A stretch of DNA of 64,000 nucleotides from Candidatus Levyibacteriota bacterium (GCA_016214555.1 JACROF010000002.1:69416-133415); one strand, 5' to 3'; counted from the stretch's first letter, positions 36,666-47,363 are shown. Program-made: numbers and translations. Notes: generated by a model from the sequence alone, not told the origin.

Positions 36666-37190
36666 CTATTTTTTAGACTTTATGTATGTTTCCAGTGCTT
36701 TCACATGAGATGGAAATGCCATCTCGGCACCAAGCACGTCACTTTTTGAAAAAAATTGATAGCCTCCTACATCATCTCCAGCATTGAATGAGCTAATATC
36801 TGTCTTTGCACACCCATAGAGACAGAGTACAGGCACATTTATTCCTTGATACAAATAATCATCAGCAAAAGCATAAAGAAGCGTTATTTCTCTCAATTCA
36901 ATCCCTAACTCTTCTTTAACCTCTCTTGTTGTTGAAGCTACAAAATCCTCGTTTGGCTTGATAAATCCTCCAGGAAAATCCCAATACCCTTTCATCGGAT
37001 CAAATTTTCTCTTAACGAGCAAAATTTCACCCTTATCATTTTCAATAATAAGGGCATTTGACGGTGCTGGATTGAGGTAAAACACAAAGCGGCAATTGGT
37101 ACACTGCAAAGCAAAGTCAGTTGAGAGAAAAGGATTTTGGTATCTCTCTCCGCACTTTGGACAATATGCGTATGCTTCTTCAGGCTTCAT
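36666..37190 (-). CDS. NUDIX hydrolase with N-terminal zinc ribbon
   Basis: CPKCGERY...CTNCRF, then the Nudix box GGFIKPNEDFVASTTREVKEELGI. Confidence 0.75.
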   Translation of the reverse strand: MKPEEAYAYCPKCGERYQNPFLSTDFALQCTNCRFVFYLNPAPSNALIIENDKGEILLVKRKFDPMKGYWDFPGGFIKPNEDFVASTTREVKEELGIELREITLLYAFADDYLYQGINVPVLCLYGCAKTDISSFNAGDDVGGYQFFSKSDVLGAEMAFPSHVKALETYIKSKK

Positions 37191-38104
37191 TATACTTTTG
37201 ACGTGAGACTAAATTTGGCTAAACGGTACTGCTTAAGACACCAAATACCAAATAAAATGCACCCTGTGACAATGCTTGGGTAACGATTTTTGAGTCTTTT
37301 ATTGTAAAAAATCTTCATTGCATCGCTTCCCGCAACAATTACTTTTTTCTTTGTCTCTTTGTTAACCACAACTTTTTCACCTGACTTTTGCACTTTTCCT
37401 TTTGTCGCTCCTTTATAGTGATTAATGGTAATTGATGGCACATACATGATCTTATAACCTGCTTCCTTTATTTTCCAACAAAGATCGATATCTTCACCGT
37501 TGAGGAAATAATCCTCGTCATACCACTCGATCTTATCCATCACTTCACGCCTGACAAGACAATATGCCCCCTCTAATACATCAACTTCTGACTCAATCTC
37601 AGGCGAAAGATAACCATACCAATACCTTGCAAACAACCGAGAAGTTGGAAATAGCCTGTCAAGCATTGTCATATGGGTAAATGCGACCCAAGGAGTAGGG
37701 AAAGACCGCCTTGCATCCTTGTCCAAAGACCCATCATGCATAACAATCTTACATGTCATAGCGCCAACATCTGGATGTTCTTTCATGTAATCAAGAGAGA
37801 GAGGCAATGAGTCTTCTTCAACCTGTGTATCAGGATTAAGCATCAATATATAGTCTCCCTTACAGAGATGCCTGACGATGTTATTACCCTTTGCAAATCC
37901 TACATTGTCATTTTTTTGATAGAGCACGCTTGGGAAATCTTTTTTAATCATCTCACCTGTATCATCTGAACCATTATCAGAGACTATCACCTGCATCGAA
38001 TAACCAGCTTTTTTGAGTGGAGGTTCAGCTTTTTTGAGTGAGGAAATACATGCAGCAACAAAATCCCTCGTGTTGTATGCAACAATAATGATTGAAAGCG
38101 TCAT
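37190..38104 (-). CDS. family 2 glycosyltransferase
   Basis: LSIIIVAYNTRDF...VIVSDNGSDDT...NPDT. Confidence 0.8.
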   Translation of the reverse strand: MTLSIIIVAYNTRDFVAACISSLKKAEPPLKKAGYSMQVIVSDNGSDDTGEMIKKDFPSVLYQKNDNVGFAKGNNIVRHLCKGDYILMLNPDTQVEEDSLPLSLDYMKEHPDVGAMTCKIVMHDGSLDKDARRSFPTPWVAFTHMTMLDRLFPTSRLFARYWYGYLSPEIESEVDVLEGAYCLVRREVMDKIEWYDEDYFLNGEDIDLCWKIKEAGYKIMYVPSITINHYKGATKGKVQKSGEKVVVNKETKKKVIVAGSDAMKIFYNKRLKNRYPSIVTGCILFGIWCLKQYRLAKFSLTSKV

Positions 38105-38142
38105 AAAACAAGTATAGTCAAGTAAGGTAAAGAATGAAAGAA

Positions 38143-38337
38143 TTATTTCTTCGTTTTCCTCAGTTCTTTACCAAGTAGCTTGTAGGTCTCTTCCATAGCC
38201 TCATAAAGAGTCATACCTTGAGAATCTGCAGCTACCTGAAACGTCTTGGTTGTAATTGATTTACCATCTACATCAAAACCAGCGCTCTTCAAACCCATAT
38301 CATCATCGGGCATATCACACCCACAGTTGTAGCACAT
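38143..38337 (-). CDS. small Cys-rich protein (MCYNCGCDMPDDD..., 64 aa)
   Basis: AAAGGAGG RBS lies 5 nt upstream of the ATG at 38337. CxxCxC motif at the N-terminus. Confidence 0.4.
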   Translation of the reverse strand: MCYNCGCDMPDDDMGLKSAGFDVDGKSITTKTFQVAADSQGMTLYEAMEETYKLLGKELRKTKK

Positions 38338-38358
38338 ACTTCCTCCTTTCATTTTTCA

Positions 38359-39030
38359 TTATATCCTTAATCCTTCATAGGCATAGTAATTCCCATGTTT
38401 TGCCACACAGACAAACGGCGTATCTTTTCTCATGTTCTCAGCGTGTCCTGGTGAGTTGATCCAGATTGCAACGACTTGTTTGTAATCAGGAGTCATCACT
38501 ATATTTTCCGTAATCTCATGGTAGCTAGGGTAGGGAAGAGTGTGGCTATGTATTCTATTGGTAAAACCGTCGTGGTTAAAATTAGAAGAAATCTCATCGG
38601 CCCTCGTCTTTGCAAAAGCACAGGTTAGTGGATCTTCAGATACTTTTGAGAGCCCATTTGAAGCTCTGTATGCATTGATCGCATCCATAATAAAATTTCC
38701 CTCAACTCCCTGACTACTTGCTCGTGTAGGCTCAGGCGTTGAAATTGGCGTTGATGTTGCTGTTGGTGTAGGTGTAGGAGCTTTTGTTGGAGTAGAGGTA
38801 GGTATGGCAGTAGGTGTAGATGTTGGGGGTGCTGATTTCAACTGGGATGTGATAGGAGAAGCTGCTTTATAATTTGAAATTTTTATCGTTTTTTTAACAA
38901 CCTTTTTTGAGGTGGTTTTAGCCCCAAGCACTGAAGGGGATGCTAAAGACTCAAGGAGAAAAAATGAGAGAAAGAGAATGAATACACTACAGACAGGAAG
39001 AGTAAACAGCAACACTTTTCGCATTAACAA
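38359..39030 (-). CDS. CAP/SCP (PR-1-like, YkwD-type) domain secreted protein
   Basis: Signal peptide and a PT-rich linker. AINAYRASNGL...HDGFTNR...GHAENM...FVCVAKHGNYYA matches the CAP signature regions. Confidence 0.65.
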   Translation of the reverse strand: MLMRKVLLFTLPVCSVFILFLSFFLLESLASPSVLGAKTTSKKVVKKTIKISNYKAASPITSQLKSAPPTSTPTAIPTSTPTKAPTPTPTATSTPISTPEPTRASSQGVEGNFIMDAINAYRASNGLSKVSEDPLTCAFAKTRADEISSNFNHDGFTNRIHSHTLPYPSYHEITENIVMTPDYKQVVAIWINSPGHAENMRKDTPFVCVAKHGNYYAYEGLRI

Positions 39031-39080
39031 ATACAGTAATGCACTTTTGCTGTCTTGTCAACCTAAGCTCGCACAAAAGA

Positions 39081-39641
39081 CTAATAGATATGCTCAAAAA
39101 ATACTTTAAGTCCCAAGAGAATAAGAGCGGTTCCACCAATAGCATCGAGCTTTCCTTCAAAATGTTTGTTCAGGTGAAATCCAAAAAGAAATGCCGGAAG
39201 ACATAGGGCAAAAGTAACAATACCAATCATCCCAACAGACAGTAATAAAGGAACATTAATTAATCCAAGAGTAATCCCGACGGTAAATGCATCGATACTT
39301 GTAGCTATCGCAAGTAAAAAAAGGGTTTTGTGAGAAAGAACTCTTTTTTTCCCCTTCTTTTTCCTCGTTGATGCAGCTTCTTTTAACATAAATACTCCAA
39401 TACCTACCAAAAGTAGCATTGCAATCCATGGAGCATACAGCGCAACAACACTCTTGATCGATGACCCAACAACCCATCCTATAAGAGGCATTATTGCTTG
39501 TGCGCCACCAAAAGCAAGAGCAACTCTTAATGCGTGCTTAATTTTCTCCTCTTTTACCTCTATTCCCTCAGCTATGCTAACACTCACTGCATCAAGCGCA
39601 AGAGAAATCGAGATAATGAGAACTTGAACAAATGAACTCAT
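39081..39641 (-). CDS. mntP: manganese efflux pump MntP family
   Basis: Two DUF204 halves (SISLALDAVSVSIAEG / AIATSIDAFTVGITLG) and 6 TM helices. Confidence 0.8.
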   Translation of the reverse strand: MSSFVQVLIISISLALDAVSVSIAEGIEVKEEKIKHALRVALAFGGAQAIMPLIGWVVGSSIKSVVALYAPWIAMLLLVGIGVFMLKEAASTRKKKGKKRVLSHKTLFLLAIATSIDAFTVGITLGLINVPLLLSVGMIGIVTFALCLPAFLFGFHLNKHFEGKLDAIGGTALILLGLKVFFEHIY

Positions 39642-39722
39642 ACTATGAGTGTATGCAATACGTTTTCGTATGTCAAACTGAAATTTTAGACCTATAGACT
39701 TAAAATATGGTACAATGAAGGA

Positions 39723-40943
39723 ATGACTAAGGACACAAATCGCTACTTTTTTGTTTTAGGCAGATATCCAGACCTCTCCACTAAAGAAATTAGGTCAGTT
39801 CTTACTAAAATTGGCTATTTCTGGAGTATTTTCTACCATACCAATGAAATTCTTATCATAGATATGGCAGGAGAGGTTGATGTCCTATCTCTTAACAAGA
39901 TATTAGGCGGAACCGTAAAAATAGGTGTGATTCTCAAAGAACTTAGCCTAACCCAAACATTTGATGATATCCAAGAATATCTTACATCGGATGCTCTATT
40001 CACCGACATTCTCGCCATTAAAAATGAAAAAGTAGCTTTTGGAATCAGTTATTACAGTGAAAACAACAGCTCATACAAAATATTTGTTCCTCAACTCTTG
40101 CGAACCATCAAAGAACATCTAAAAATACAAGGTTTTAAGCCTCATTTCCCAAGACAAACAACAAAAACTCTTTCAAGTGCTTCTGTTGAAAAAAATAACC
40201 TCCTCACCACAGGCGCTGAGGTTGTTCTTGTTGAAACAAAAGATGCATTGCTTCTTGGGAAGACGGTGAGCGTTCAAGACTTTGAACTTTTTAGCAAAAG
40301 AGACTATGGGAGACCAGTTAGAGATATGGAATCAGGAGTAATGCCGCCAAAACTCGCTCGGATGATGCTTAATCTTTCTCAAAAAAACATTGATGCAGCT
40401 CTTCTTGATCCTTTTTGTGGAAGTGGAACTGTTCTTCAGGAAGCATTACTCCTTGATTTTACTGACATTACGGGAGCTGACAAATCTGAAAAGGCGGTTT
40501 CAGACACACAACAAAACATTGAGTGGCTTATCATGGAAGAAAAACTTACACACAAGCCTGAAATTGTTCACTCTGATGTAGAAGAGCTTGCAAAGACAAC
40601 TAAAAAAACCTTTGATCTTATTGTGACAGAGCCCTATATGGGTCCAAATAGCAAAGGTCTTCGAAATTTTGATGACATGAAAAAAAATAAAGAAGAACTA
40701 GAAAATCTCTACCTTACATCATGGAAAGCTTTTGCAAAACTTCTTAAAAAAGATGGGGAGGTAGTCATGATACTCCCTATTTTTCATTACAAAAACACCT
40801 ATCTTAAGATGGATATAATCGAAAAAATCCCATCACTAGGGTTTGAGCACATAGCACTCAGCGAAAAAAGAAGAAAATCTCTTATTATTGGTAATAGATA
40901 TGATTTTGTACTTCGTGAGATAATACACTTTAGAAAAATATGA
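39723..40943 (+). CDS. putative RNA (N2-guanine or N6-adenine) methyltransferase, UPF0020/THUMP-associated type
   Basis: LDPFCGSGTV SAM motif I and DLIVTEPY motif IV (the NPPY-like DPPY/EPY variant). Confidence 0.6.
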   Translation: MTKDTNRYFFVLGRYPDLSTKEIRSVLTKIGYFWSIFYHTNEILIIDMAGEVDVLSLNKILGGTVKIGVILKELSLTQTFDDIQEYLTSDALFTDILAIKNEKVAFGISYYSENNSSYKIFVPQLLRTIKEHLKIQGFKPHFPRQTTKTLSSASVEKNNLLTTGAEVVLVETKDALLLGKTVSVQDFELFSKRDYGRPVRDMESGVMPPKLARMMLNLSQKNIDAALLDPFCGSGTVLQEALLLDFTDITGADKSEKAVSDTQQNIEWLIMEEKLTHKPEIVHSDVEELAKTTKKTFDLIVTEPYMGPNSKGLRNFDDMKKNKEELENLYLTSWKAFAKLLKKDGEVVMILPIFHYKNTYLKMDIIEKIPSLGFEHIALSEKRRKSLIIGNRYDFVLREIIHFRKI

Positions 40944-41707
40944 GACAAGAGCACGTAATGATTGTTGGGCGCAATATGGTTCATGACACATTGCTATCCC
41001 AAAAAAAGATCCAAAATATATTTATTGGCAAAAATAGCAGACTTGATCCAAAAGTTCTGGAAATAGTCCGATTGGCTCAACAAAAGAATGTACAAGTAAC
41101 TTTTGTTCCACCTGAAAAGATAAGAGCTTTGAGTGGATCTGAAAATACCCAAAATATTGTTGCGTACCTTCAGAGATTTGAGGAAAATTCTCTTAAGCAA
41201 ATTATTGAAAAATGTCAAAAAGAAGGCAGGGATCCTTGTATTTTGCTTTTTCATCACATGGATTACGAGCAAAATTTGGGAGCAATTATTAGAACGGCAT
41301 GGGGTGCACAAATTGATGCGATTGTTCTTTCACCCTCAGGCGTTCATGAAGTCACACCAATTGTAGCCAAAATTTCTCAAGGTGGAGCAGCGTACATTCC
41401 TGTTATTGGGCAATCTCTATTCCAAGCCATTGCAACTCTGAAAGATTTTGGTATTCCTGTTGCAGGAGTGGAAGTTGGTATGGGACAGCCTTATGACCAA
41501 GTGCCTCTGAGTGGCCCTGTTGCATTTCTTTTTGGAGGAGAGCTCACAGGTATTAGTCAACCACTTCAAAAACAGTGTGATATTTTTATTCATATCCCCA
41601 TCAACAACGAGCTTACATCGCTCAACGTCAGCGTGGCAACAGCTCTGATAATATTTGAAAAAAGAAGACAAGAAAGATTGCTTGAAAAAAGCTCTGATCA
41701 AAATTGA
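40940..41707 (+). CDS. SpoU/TrmH-family RNA 2'-O-methyltransferase (RlmB-like)
   Basis: N-terminal substrate-binding domain, SpoU motifs NLGAIIRTA, LFGGELTGI and the knot region SLNVSVA. Confidence 0.8.
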   Translation: MRQEHVMIVGRNMVHDTLLSQKKIQNIFIGKNSRLDPKVLEIVRLAQQKNVQVTFVPPEKIRALSGSENTQNIVAYLQRFEENSLKQIIEKCQKEGRDPCILLFHHMDYEQNLGAIIRTAWGAQIDAIVLSPSGVHEVTPIVAKISQGGAAYIPVIGQSLFQAIATLKDFGIPVAGVEVGMGQPYDQVPLSGPVAFLFGGELTGISQPLQKQCDIFIHIPINNELTSLNVSVATALIIFEKRRQERLLEKSSDQN

Positions 41708-42802
41708 TCAGGGGGAAAGAAGATCTATTACATTTGTCACGAAGGATTTTTCTACTCCAACAACTTGACCAGTTTCTGCTGAAACAACTGCCTTTACTTT
41801 TTGTGAAACTGGCAACAGAGCAAAAAGCTTGTATTCTTTGCTTCCTGAGACTACATAGACAGGCTTATCATTGATCACCTTTAATGCAACACTTGCTTCA
41901 CCATCATCCTCAGGTGTGCCAGAGTTCTCTGAGTCAAAAAATGTTACAATCTTCTGCGTCATAATAGTCTTAAGAGCCTCATCCGGGAGTATTGCTATAG
42001 TTTTTACTCCGTTACTTGTTGTCACCAAAAGCTCGTTTGTTCCAACATCAACAGAAAGAGGAAATTCAGTCAAAGCCGCTACATTGTTATGCTTAAAGCT
42101 GGGCCTACCACTTCTTGATGACAATTCAATGCCTTGATCTTCAAGCTCTTGCTCTACTTCATCCTCAAGCTCGTTAAGCTGATCATCTTCAAGTTCGACT
42201 TCATCTCCATTATCATCTTCAACTTTTTTAACTATTTCACCATTGATAATTTTGTATCTTATTTTTAATTCACCATGCTCCAACTCAACCTTTGTTGTAC
42301 CGTCATCTTCTGTTTTTGTTTTAATTTTTTGCCCATCTGAGGTCTCGATTTCAACCTCCTGTTTAGCACCTTCTTTCTGCAATCTTATCTGCACTGACTT
42401 GGTAGGAGTAACGGTTTTTGAAGTATTAGACCTGCTTGTCCTAGATTGCTTTTTTTCTGACTCCTTTTGAGCCTTTTGTCTTTCTTTCTCTTGCTCTTTC
42501 TGCAGCTCATCTTCCTTTTTTTGCTCTTCAACTACAGAATTACTACTTGTTTTATCTTCATCTTGTTCATCGTTTTCATCGTTTTCCTTCTCGTCTTCAG
42601 ACTCATTCCCACTACTATCATCACCTAAAACAGAAGCCCCTAGCACTTTGGTAGGATCATCAAAATGGAGGGTGGCTTTCTGTACAAGTGTTTGCGCAAA
42701 TGCAAGAAGTAAAACAGAGCCCAAAGCTACAAGAGTAACTCTTGTTAGCAAAACTGAAGGAGCATTTTTTTGAAGACTTTTTCTCTTTTGAGACTTTTTC
42801 AT
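41708..42802 (-). CDS. secreted acidic protein with Glu/Lys-rich low-complexity region (hypothetical)
   Basis: Signal anchor, an EDE/KEK-rich stretch, and a C-terminal beta-rich domain. Confidence 0.5.
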   Translation of the reverse strand: MKKSQKRKSLQKNAPSVLLTRVTLVALGSVLLLAFAQTLVQKATLHFDDPTKVLGASVLGDDSSGNESEDEKENDENDEQDEDKTSSNSVVEEQKKEDELQKEQEKERQKAQKESEKKQSRTSRSNTSKTVTPTKSVQIRLQKEGAKQEVEIETSDGQKIKTKTEDDGTTKVELEHGELKIRYKIINGEIVKKVEDDNGDEVELEDDQLNELEDEVEQELEDQGIELSSRSGRPSFKHNNVAALTEFPLSVDVGTNELLVTTSNGVKTIAILPDEALKTIMTQKIVTFFDSENSGTPEDDGEASVALKVINDKPVYVVSGSKEYKLFALLPVSQKVKAVVSAETGQVVGVEKSFVTNVIDLLSP

Positions 42803-42846
42803 GACTAATTTAGTTAATCACACATACAATATAGTGTCAAATTCTG

Positions 42847-43386
42847 TTAAATTAACTTAGTAGAAATTGCGGTATCAGAAAAAATGCCCGTCTCCCACTT
42901 TTTTCTGTCCAACAATGCTTTAAGATATTTTCCACCTTTCTCATCTCGTAAAAATAAATTTGTGGTGACTAAGATCCCATCTTTTCTTAAAAGTTTCTCA
43001 AATTGTAACAACATTTTCATCTGAGGCACATACCCATCGAAAAAAATGAGGTCAAATTGCTCAGAAAGCCTAGACAGGACATCTTCTGCTTTTTCAACAT
43101 AAGTGGTAATTTGTTTTTCATAACCATGCTGCTCCCAAATCTTTTTTGCAGTTGCTACGTGCGTTGCATCCTGGTCGATTGTTACAATTTCACCAAGAGG
43201 ATTACTCTCCAAAAGACAAAGGGTGCTATAGCCAAGTCCTGTTCCCACCTCAAGGATCTTTCTTGCAGAAATTGCTTTTGAGAGAGGAGAAAGTATTTCC
43301 CCTGATGCGTAAGGGTACGCTCCACACAAGTGAGACGATCGATGCTTAATACACTCTTGAAAAACATCTGGAAAAGGCTGATTCAT
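42847..43386 (-). CDS. class I SAM-dependent O-methyltransferase (family 3-like)
   Basis: ILEVGTGLGYSTL motif I and DLIFFDG motif. Confidence 0.7.
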   Translation of the reverse strand: MNQPFPDVFQECIKHRSSHLCGAYPYASGEILSPLSKAISARKILEVGTGLGYSTLCLLESNPLGEIVTIDQDATHVATAKKIWEQHGYEKQITTYVEKAEDVLSRLSEQFDLIFFDGYVPQMKMLLQFEKLLRKDGILVTTNLFLRDEKGGKYLKALLDRKKWETGIFSDTAISTKLI

Positions 43387-43640
43387 AGAGGGATTATACT
43401 ACGTGAGACGAGAAGTTCTTTTTCTCTTCTAGACAATTTCTTAAGAACAGCCTCTCTTGAACGAGCAGTGCTAATTGAGTCTACCTGCTCTTGATAAACA
43501 AGCGCTACAGGTCTTCTGGCTTTAGTATATTTTGCCCCACTTTTGAGATTATTGTGTTCATTTACCCTACGAGAGATATCAGTTGTTGAGCCAATATAAA
43601 AAGTATTATCAGAACAGAGAAGGATATAAACAACGTACAT
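43383..43640 (-). CDS. GIY-YIG nuclease-family small protein
   Basis: YVVYILLCSDNTFYIGSTTDISRRVNEHN. Confidence 0.7.
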   Translation of the reverse strand: MYVVYILLCSDNTFYIGSTTDISRRVNEHNNLKSGAKYTKARRPVALVYQEQVDSISTARSREAVLKKLSRREKELLVSRSIIPL

Positions 43641-43648
43641 ATGAGGGT

Positions 43649-44257
43649 CTACTTAAGAGCTTGATCAAGCCTGAGTGAAACATTCTCCCAATTCACTACA
43701 TTCCACCATGCCTCAACATAGTCAGGTCTTTTATTGTAATACTGCAAATAATAGGCATGCTCCCACACATCAAGTCCCAAAAGGGGAATTTTTCCTTGAG
43801 TTAGGGGAGAATCTTGATTGGGTGTCGAGACTAGCGATACCTCGTTATTATCCCAAACTAACCATTGCCAACCACTGCCAAAAACTTTCACTGCTGCTTC
43901 TGAGAATTGTTTTTTAAAAGTCTCTACATCCCCAAAGCTATGCTGAATTTTATCAAGGAGTGTTCCTGCAGGCTCTTGACCTTTATGAGGAGCCATCATT
44001 TCCCAAAACATTGAGTGATTGAGGTGGCCTCCACCATGATTCCGAACGACCATTTTGATGTCATCAGGAATAGTGTCTAAAGAAACAACTAAATCTTCGA
44101 CTGATTTGTTACTAAGCTCTGGATGTTTTTCTATCGCTTTATTGAGGTTATCTACATACGTTCTATGATGCTTATCGTGATGAAGGTGTTGAATGTCTGA
44201 GGAGATAAAGGGTGCGAGGGAGTCATAGGAGTAGGGGAGGTCTGGGAGACTAAACAT
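43649..44257 (-). CDS. sodA: superoxide dismutase (Fe/Mn family)
   Basis: HHDKHH near the N-terminus and the DVWEHAYY signature. Confidence 0.9.
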   Translation of the reverse strand: MFSLPDLPYSYDSLAPFISSDIQHLHHDKHHRTYVDNLNKAIEKHPELSNKSVEDLVVSLDTIPDDIKMVVRNHGGGHLNHSMFWEMMAPHKGQEPAGTLLDKIQHSFGDVETFKKQFSEAAVKVFGSGWQWLVWDNNEVSLVSTPNQDSPLTQGKIPLLGLDVWEHAYYLQYYNKRPDYVEAWWNVVNWENVSLRLDQALK

Positions 44258-44398
44258 ATGTTCATGTTATATCACATTTATCATCAAACAACTAGAGATA
44301 TCAGTTTTTTTGGGGATGAGATTTTCACTTATATTTTGCAGTTAACAGCAAAACAGCCCTTGATAATTCAAGGGCTGTTAGGAGGGGAAGGAAAAGCC

Positions 44399-44881
44399 TT
44401 AGTTCATTGCTTTTGGCATTCTCCCAAATCCTTTATGTCCAAATGGCATAAGGTATTTAAGGTCAATACCATTTTCCTTTGCCCAGTTCTCAAGAGCTGT
44501 TTTTTGCTCCTGCATTTTTGCTTTTCTCTCATCAGCGCTCAAGTCTTTGAAAGAATCTTTACTAGCTTCTCGCCGATCTTGAAGTTCTTTCATCTTGTTT
44601 AAAATAAGAGTCTTTTGTTCTACGGTTATTTTACCCTCAGTTACAAGCTGAGAGAGACGCTCTTCATTTTTATCCTGCATCTTGTCTACCATTTCTTTCT
44701 TGTGTTCATCAAAAACTGCTTTGACATCAGATTTATTAAGTCCAAACCTGTCAGCTAGTTTCTGAACAAGTGATGAAACAGGATCTATCGCTGTATCGTC
44801 AGCAAATACCGGCCTTGAGAGAAATAACCCTGTACCCAAGATCGTTATTACTGCAATCACAATTGCTGGCTTTTTATACAT
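44399..44881 (-). CDS. secreted coiled-coil protein (hypothetical)
   Basis: GAAAGGAGGTGAAGAT RBS before the ATG at 44881. Signal anchor, then a Lys/Glu/Asp-rich helical region. Confidence 0.5.
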   Translation of the reverse strand: MYKKPAIVIAVITILGTGLFLSRPVFADDTAIDPVSSLVQKLADRFGLNKSDVKAVFDEHKKEMVDKMQDKNEERLSQLVTEGKITVEQKTLILNKMKELQDRREASKDSFKDLSADERKAKMQEQKTALENWAKENGIDLKYLMPFGHKGFGRMPKAMN

Positions 44882-44935
44882 ATCTTCACCTCCTTTCATG
44901 TATAACAACACTAAAGGATCAAACTTAAAAAATGC

Positions 44936-45961
44936 TTAAGAACTCGAGGTATTAAGAAGTATAGTAAATGTCGTTCCTTTTCCTAACTCGCTTTTTACTG
45001 AAATCTCTCCGCCGTGTGAAGAGACAATCTTTTTTGCAATTGAGAGCCCCAGGCCATACCCTTTGACATCGGAACGAGAGCTATCGACTCGATAAAACCG
45101 ATCAAAAATGTGAAAGAGGCTTTCCTTAGAAATTCCTACCCCTTGATCAACAACCTGTATCAAAACGTGATCCTTTATTTTCTTTGAGTTGATTATGACT
45201 GTCGTTCCACCTTTTGAATATTTAATTGCATTATCAAGAAGGATAATAAAAACCTCAACAAGTCTATCTGAAACACATATAAGAGGGATATTTTTTACGT
45301 TCTGTTTGATGTTAATTTTTTTAACGTCTGCAAGAGGTTGGACTTTTTTAACAGCTTGCTCAACAAGAAATGAAAGTGAGGTCTTAGTCATAAGAGCAGG
45401 ATCCACTAGGTATCCATTCTGAGCTAGTTCTAGTAAACGTTCTGATAACGACTGAAGTCCGATGACATCCTCAAGTGCATTTTCCAACAATTTCTTAGTT
45501 CTTTGAGGTGATATTTTTTTCTCTCTCAATTCCACCTCAAGACCGGTCCGTAAAGAGGTGAGGGGTGTTCGAAGTTCATGAGAGGCATCAGTAATAAATC
45601 TATGTTGTTCATCAACCATTTTCTTAATGGGCCTCAATGTTTTCCCGGCTAAGAAATAACCAGCAGCTCCTGAGAAAAGAAAAATTGCGATATTTATTCC
45701 AGCAAGTGCAACTACAATGCGCTTCCTTGCATCTTGGATGATTGCTGGATCGGGTCTTCCTACACGAAATACTAAATTACGGTTAGGGATAGAAGGAACT
45801 TTTTCCTCTTTCAACTCATCTTGAATTCTGACCTGCATTCTTTCAAATCTTCCGAATTCTGATGTCACTCTCGTGTAAATTGCGATACTAAACAAAAGAC
45901 TAATCGCCATAATGATGGCGAGATATTGCGCAGTGAGTTTTAGTCGTGCAGATTCAAACAT
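44936..45961 (-). CDS. sensor histidine kinase
   Basis: Two TM helices, HAMP-like region, H-box ASHELRTPL, and N/G1/G2 boxes (DQGVGI, GYGLGLSI). Confidence 0.85.
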   Translation of the reverse strand: MFESARLKLTAQYLAIIMAISLLFSIAIYTRVTSEFGRFERMQVRIQDELKEEKVPSIPNRNLVFRVGRPDPAIIQDARKRIVVALAGINIAIFLFSGAAGYFLAGKTLRPIKKMVDEQHRFITDASHELRTPLTSLRTGLEVELREKKISPQRTKKLLENALEDVIGLQSLSERLLELAQNGYLVDPALMTKTSLSFLVEQAVKKVQPLADVKKINIKQNVKNIPLICVSDRLVEVFIILLDNAIKYSKGGTTVIINSKKIKDHVLIQVVDQGVGISKESLFHIFDRFYRVDSSRSDVKGYGLGLSIAKKIVSSHGGEISVKSELGKGTTFTILLNTSSS

Positions 45962-45963
45962 AA

Positions 45964-46635
45964 TTATCCATCAATCCTATAACCAAATCCTCTGATCGTA
46001 TGAAGCAGTGGGGAAGATGAAAAAGGCTTCTCTATCTTACTTCGAAGATATCCCATAAAAACTTCAACAGTATTTGGCAACACATCGGCATCATAATTCC
46101 ATACATGTGCAATCAGCTGATCTTTTGTAACAATGTGTCCTTTATGAAGCATGAGGTAGAGAAGGATACCAAATTCTTTTTGAGAAAGCTGAATTGTTTT
46201 CCCCTGCCGTTTAACTTCACAAGAAAGCGTATCAAGCGTCAAATCTGAGACCTGAAGCACACTCTTCGTTGTTTTTTCAGGTCGCCTAGATAGAGCACGA
46301 ATTCGGGCCAAAAGCTCTGAAAATGCAAATGGCTTTGAGAGATAATCATCAGCACCACTGTTAAGACCTTCTACCTTATCTTTAATTTGTCCTTTGGCAG
46401 TAAGAAGAAGAATAGGGGTGTGATTGCCGGAATCTCGTATTTTCTTTACCAAGACAACTCCTTCGATTCGAGGGAGCATTCGATCCATAATAATCACGTC
46501 ATATTTCTCACCAATGGCAAGATCAAACCCTGACTCACCATCAAATGAAAGATCTACGGTGTATCGCTCCTGCTCAAGGCCTTTTTTAATAGCTTGAGCA
46601 ATTTTATGTTCGTCTTCGATCACGAGAATACGCAT
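45964..46635 (-). CDS. OmpR-family response regulator
   Basis: MRILVIEDE receiver domain and a winged-helix C-terminus. The start is taken at internal ATG 46635; the 43-codon upstream extension has no RBS. Confidence 0.85.
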   Translation of the reverse strand: MRILVIEDEHKIAQAIKKGLEQERYTVDLSFDGESGFDLAIGEKYDVIIMDRMLPRIEGVVLVKKIRDSGNHTPILLLTAKGQIKDKVEGLNSGADDYLSKPFAFSELLARIRALSRRPEKTTKSVLQVSDLTLDTLSCEVKRQGKTIQLSQKEFGILLYLMLHKGHIVTKDQLIAHVWNYDADVLPNTVEVFMGYLRSKIEKPFSSSPLLHTIRGFGYRIDG

Positions 46636-46724
46636 TGGACAAAGATTATAGCAGTTAGCTGAAGTTAAACTGAAAAAACAAAAAAAATGCGGCCTGCCAT
46701 TGAGGCGGGCCGCAAAAAAAATCA

Positions 46725-47114
46725 TCAATACATCGGGGAGGGAATCAAGCCAAGTTCTCTCCAATGCGTAATGAGATCATCAACGCAAAAGAAAAATTGC
46801 TTGTTTCCTTTATCCTCGTAGTGCTCCATCAGGCATGCATGCTTCAAAGGATTCGTGCCTTTGTTTGTAGCATGCGTATAGACAATCGCAAATGGTGACT
46901 CTAAAGATTGCGCCTGAACAAACGCTTCAAGATGACGCATTGCGATCGTGTCAGGATCAGCAACGATCGGCTGGTGGATCACAATTACCCTCACATCAGC
47001 AAGAGCAGGATCCAAGCAGACGTTGATCCCCTGCATTCTCGAAAGTAGACCTCTCACGCCGTCGACGCTAATTGCAGGAAGCTTGTCTGTTGCAGGAGTA
47101 ATTGAAACGTTCAT
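46725..47114 (-). CDS. hypothetical protein (129 aa)
   Basis: ORF with no recognised motif. Confidence 0.45.
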   Translation of the reverse strand: MNVSITPATDKLPAISVDGVRGLLSRMQGINVCLDPALADVRVIVIHQPIVADPDTIAMRHLEAFVQAQSLESPFAIVYTHATNKGTNPLKHACLMEHYEDKGNKQFFFCVDDLITHWRELGLIPSPMY

Positions 47115-47363
47115 AATTCCTCCTATGGTAAGGTTCTCTGAACAAGCTGTTCAGACTACAAGTATATCAAGAAATACATTAAAACTCAAACTATAAGATG
47201 TATTTTCTTTAAAAATCTGCGTAGCGTATGCAATAAAATAGTCAGACACAAAAAATCAAAAGCAGAAATTTATATCATCCAAAAAAATAACACCTCTTGC
47301 TTTTCTCATAATATGATCCTATAGTTTGATTTTGAGTTCAAAATCCGCTATAATACCTCCTCT

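Noticed and set aside
44258-44602. 114-aa plus-strand ORF.
   Set aside because: It overlaps the 3' end of the better-supported minus-strand gene 44399-44881. It has no RBS.
45964-46764. 5' extension of the response regulator (43 extra codons) and of 57817-58293 (overlaps tRNA-Val).
   Set aside because: Internal starts have proper RBSs and give canonical N-termini (MRILVIEDE). The extensions overlap other features.
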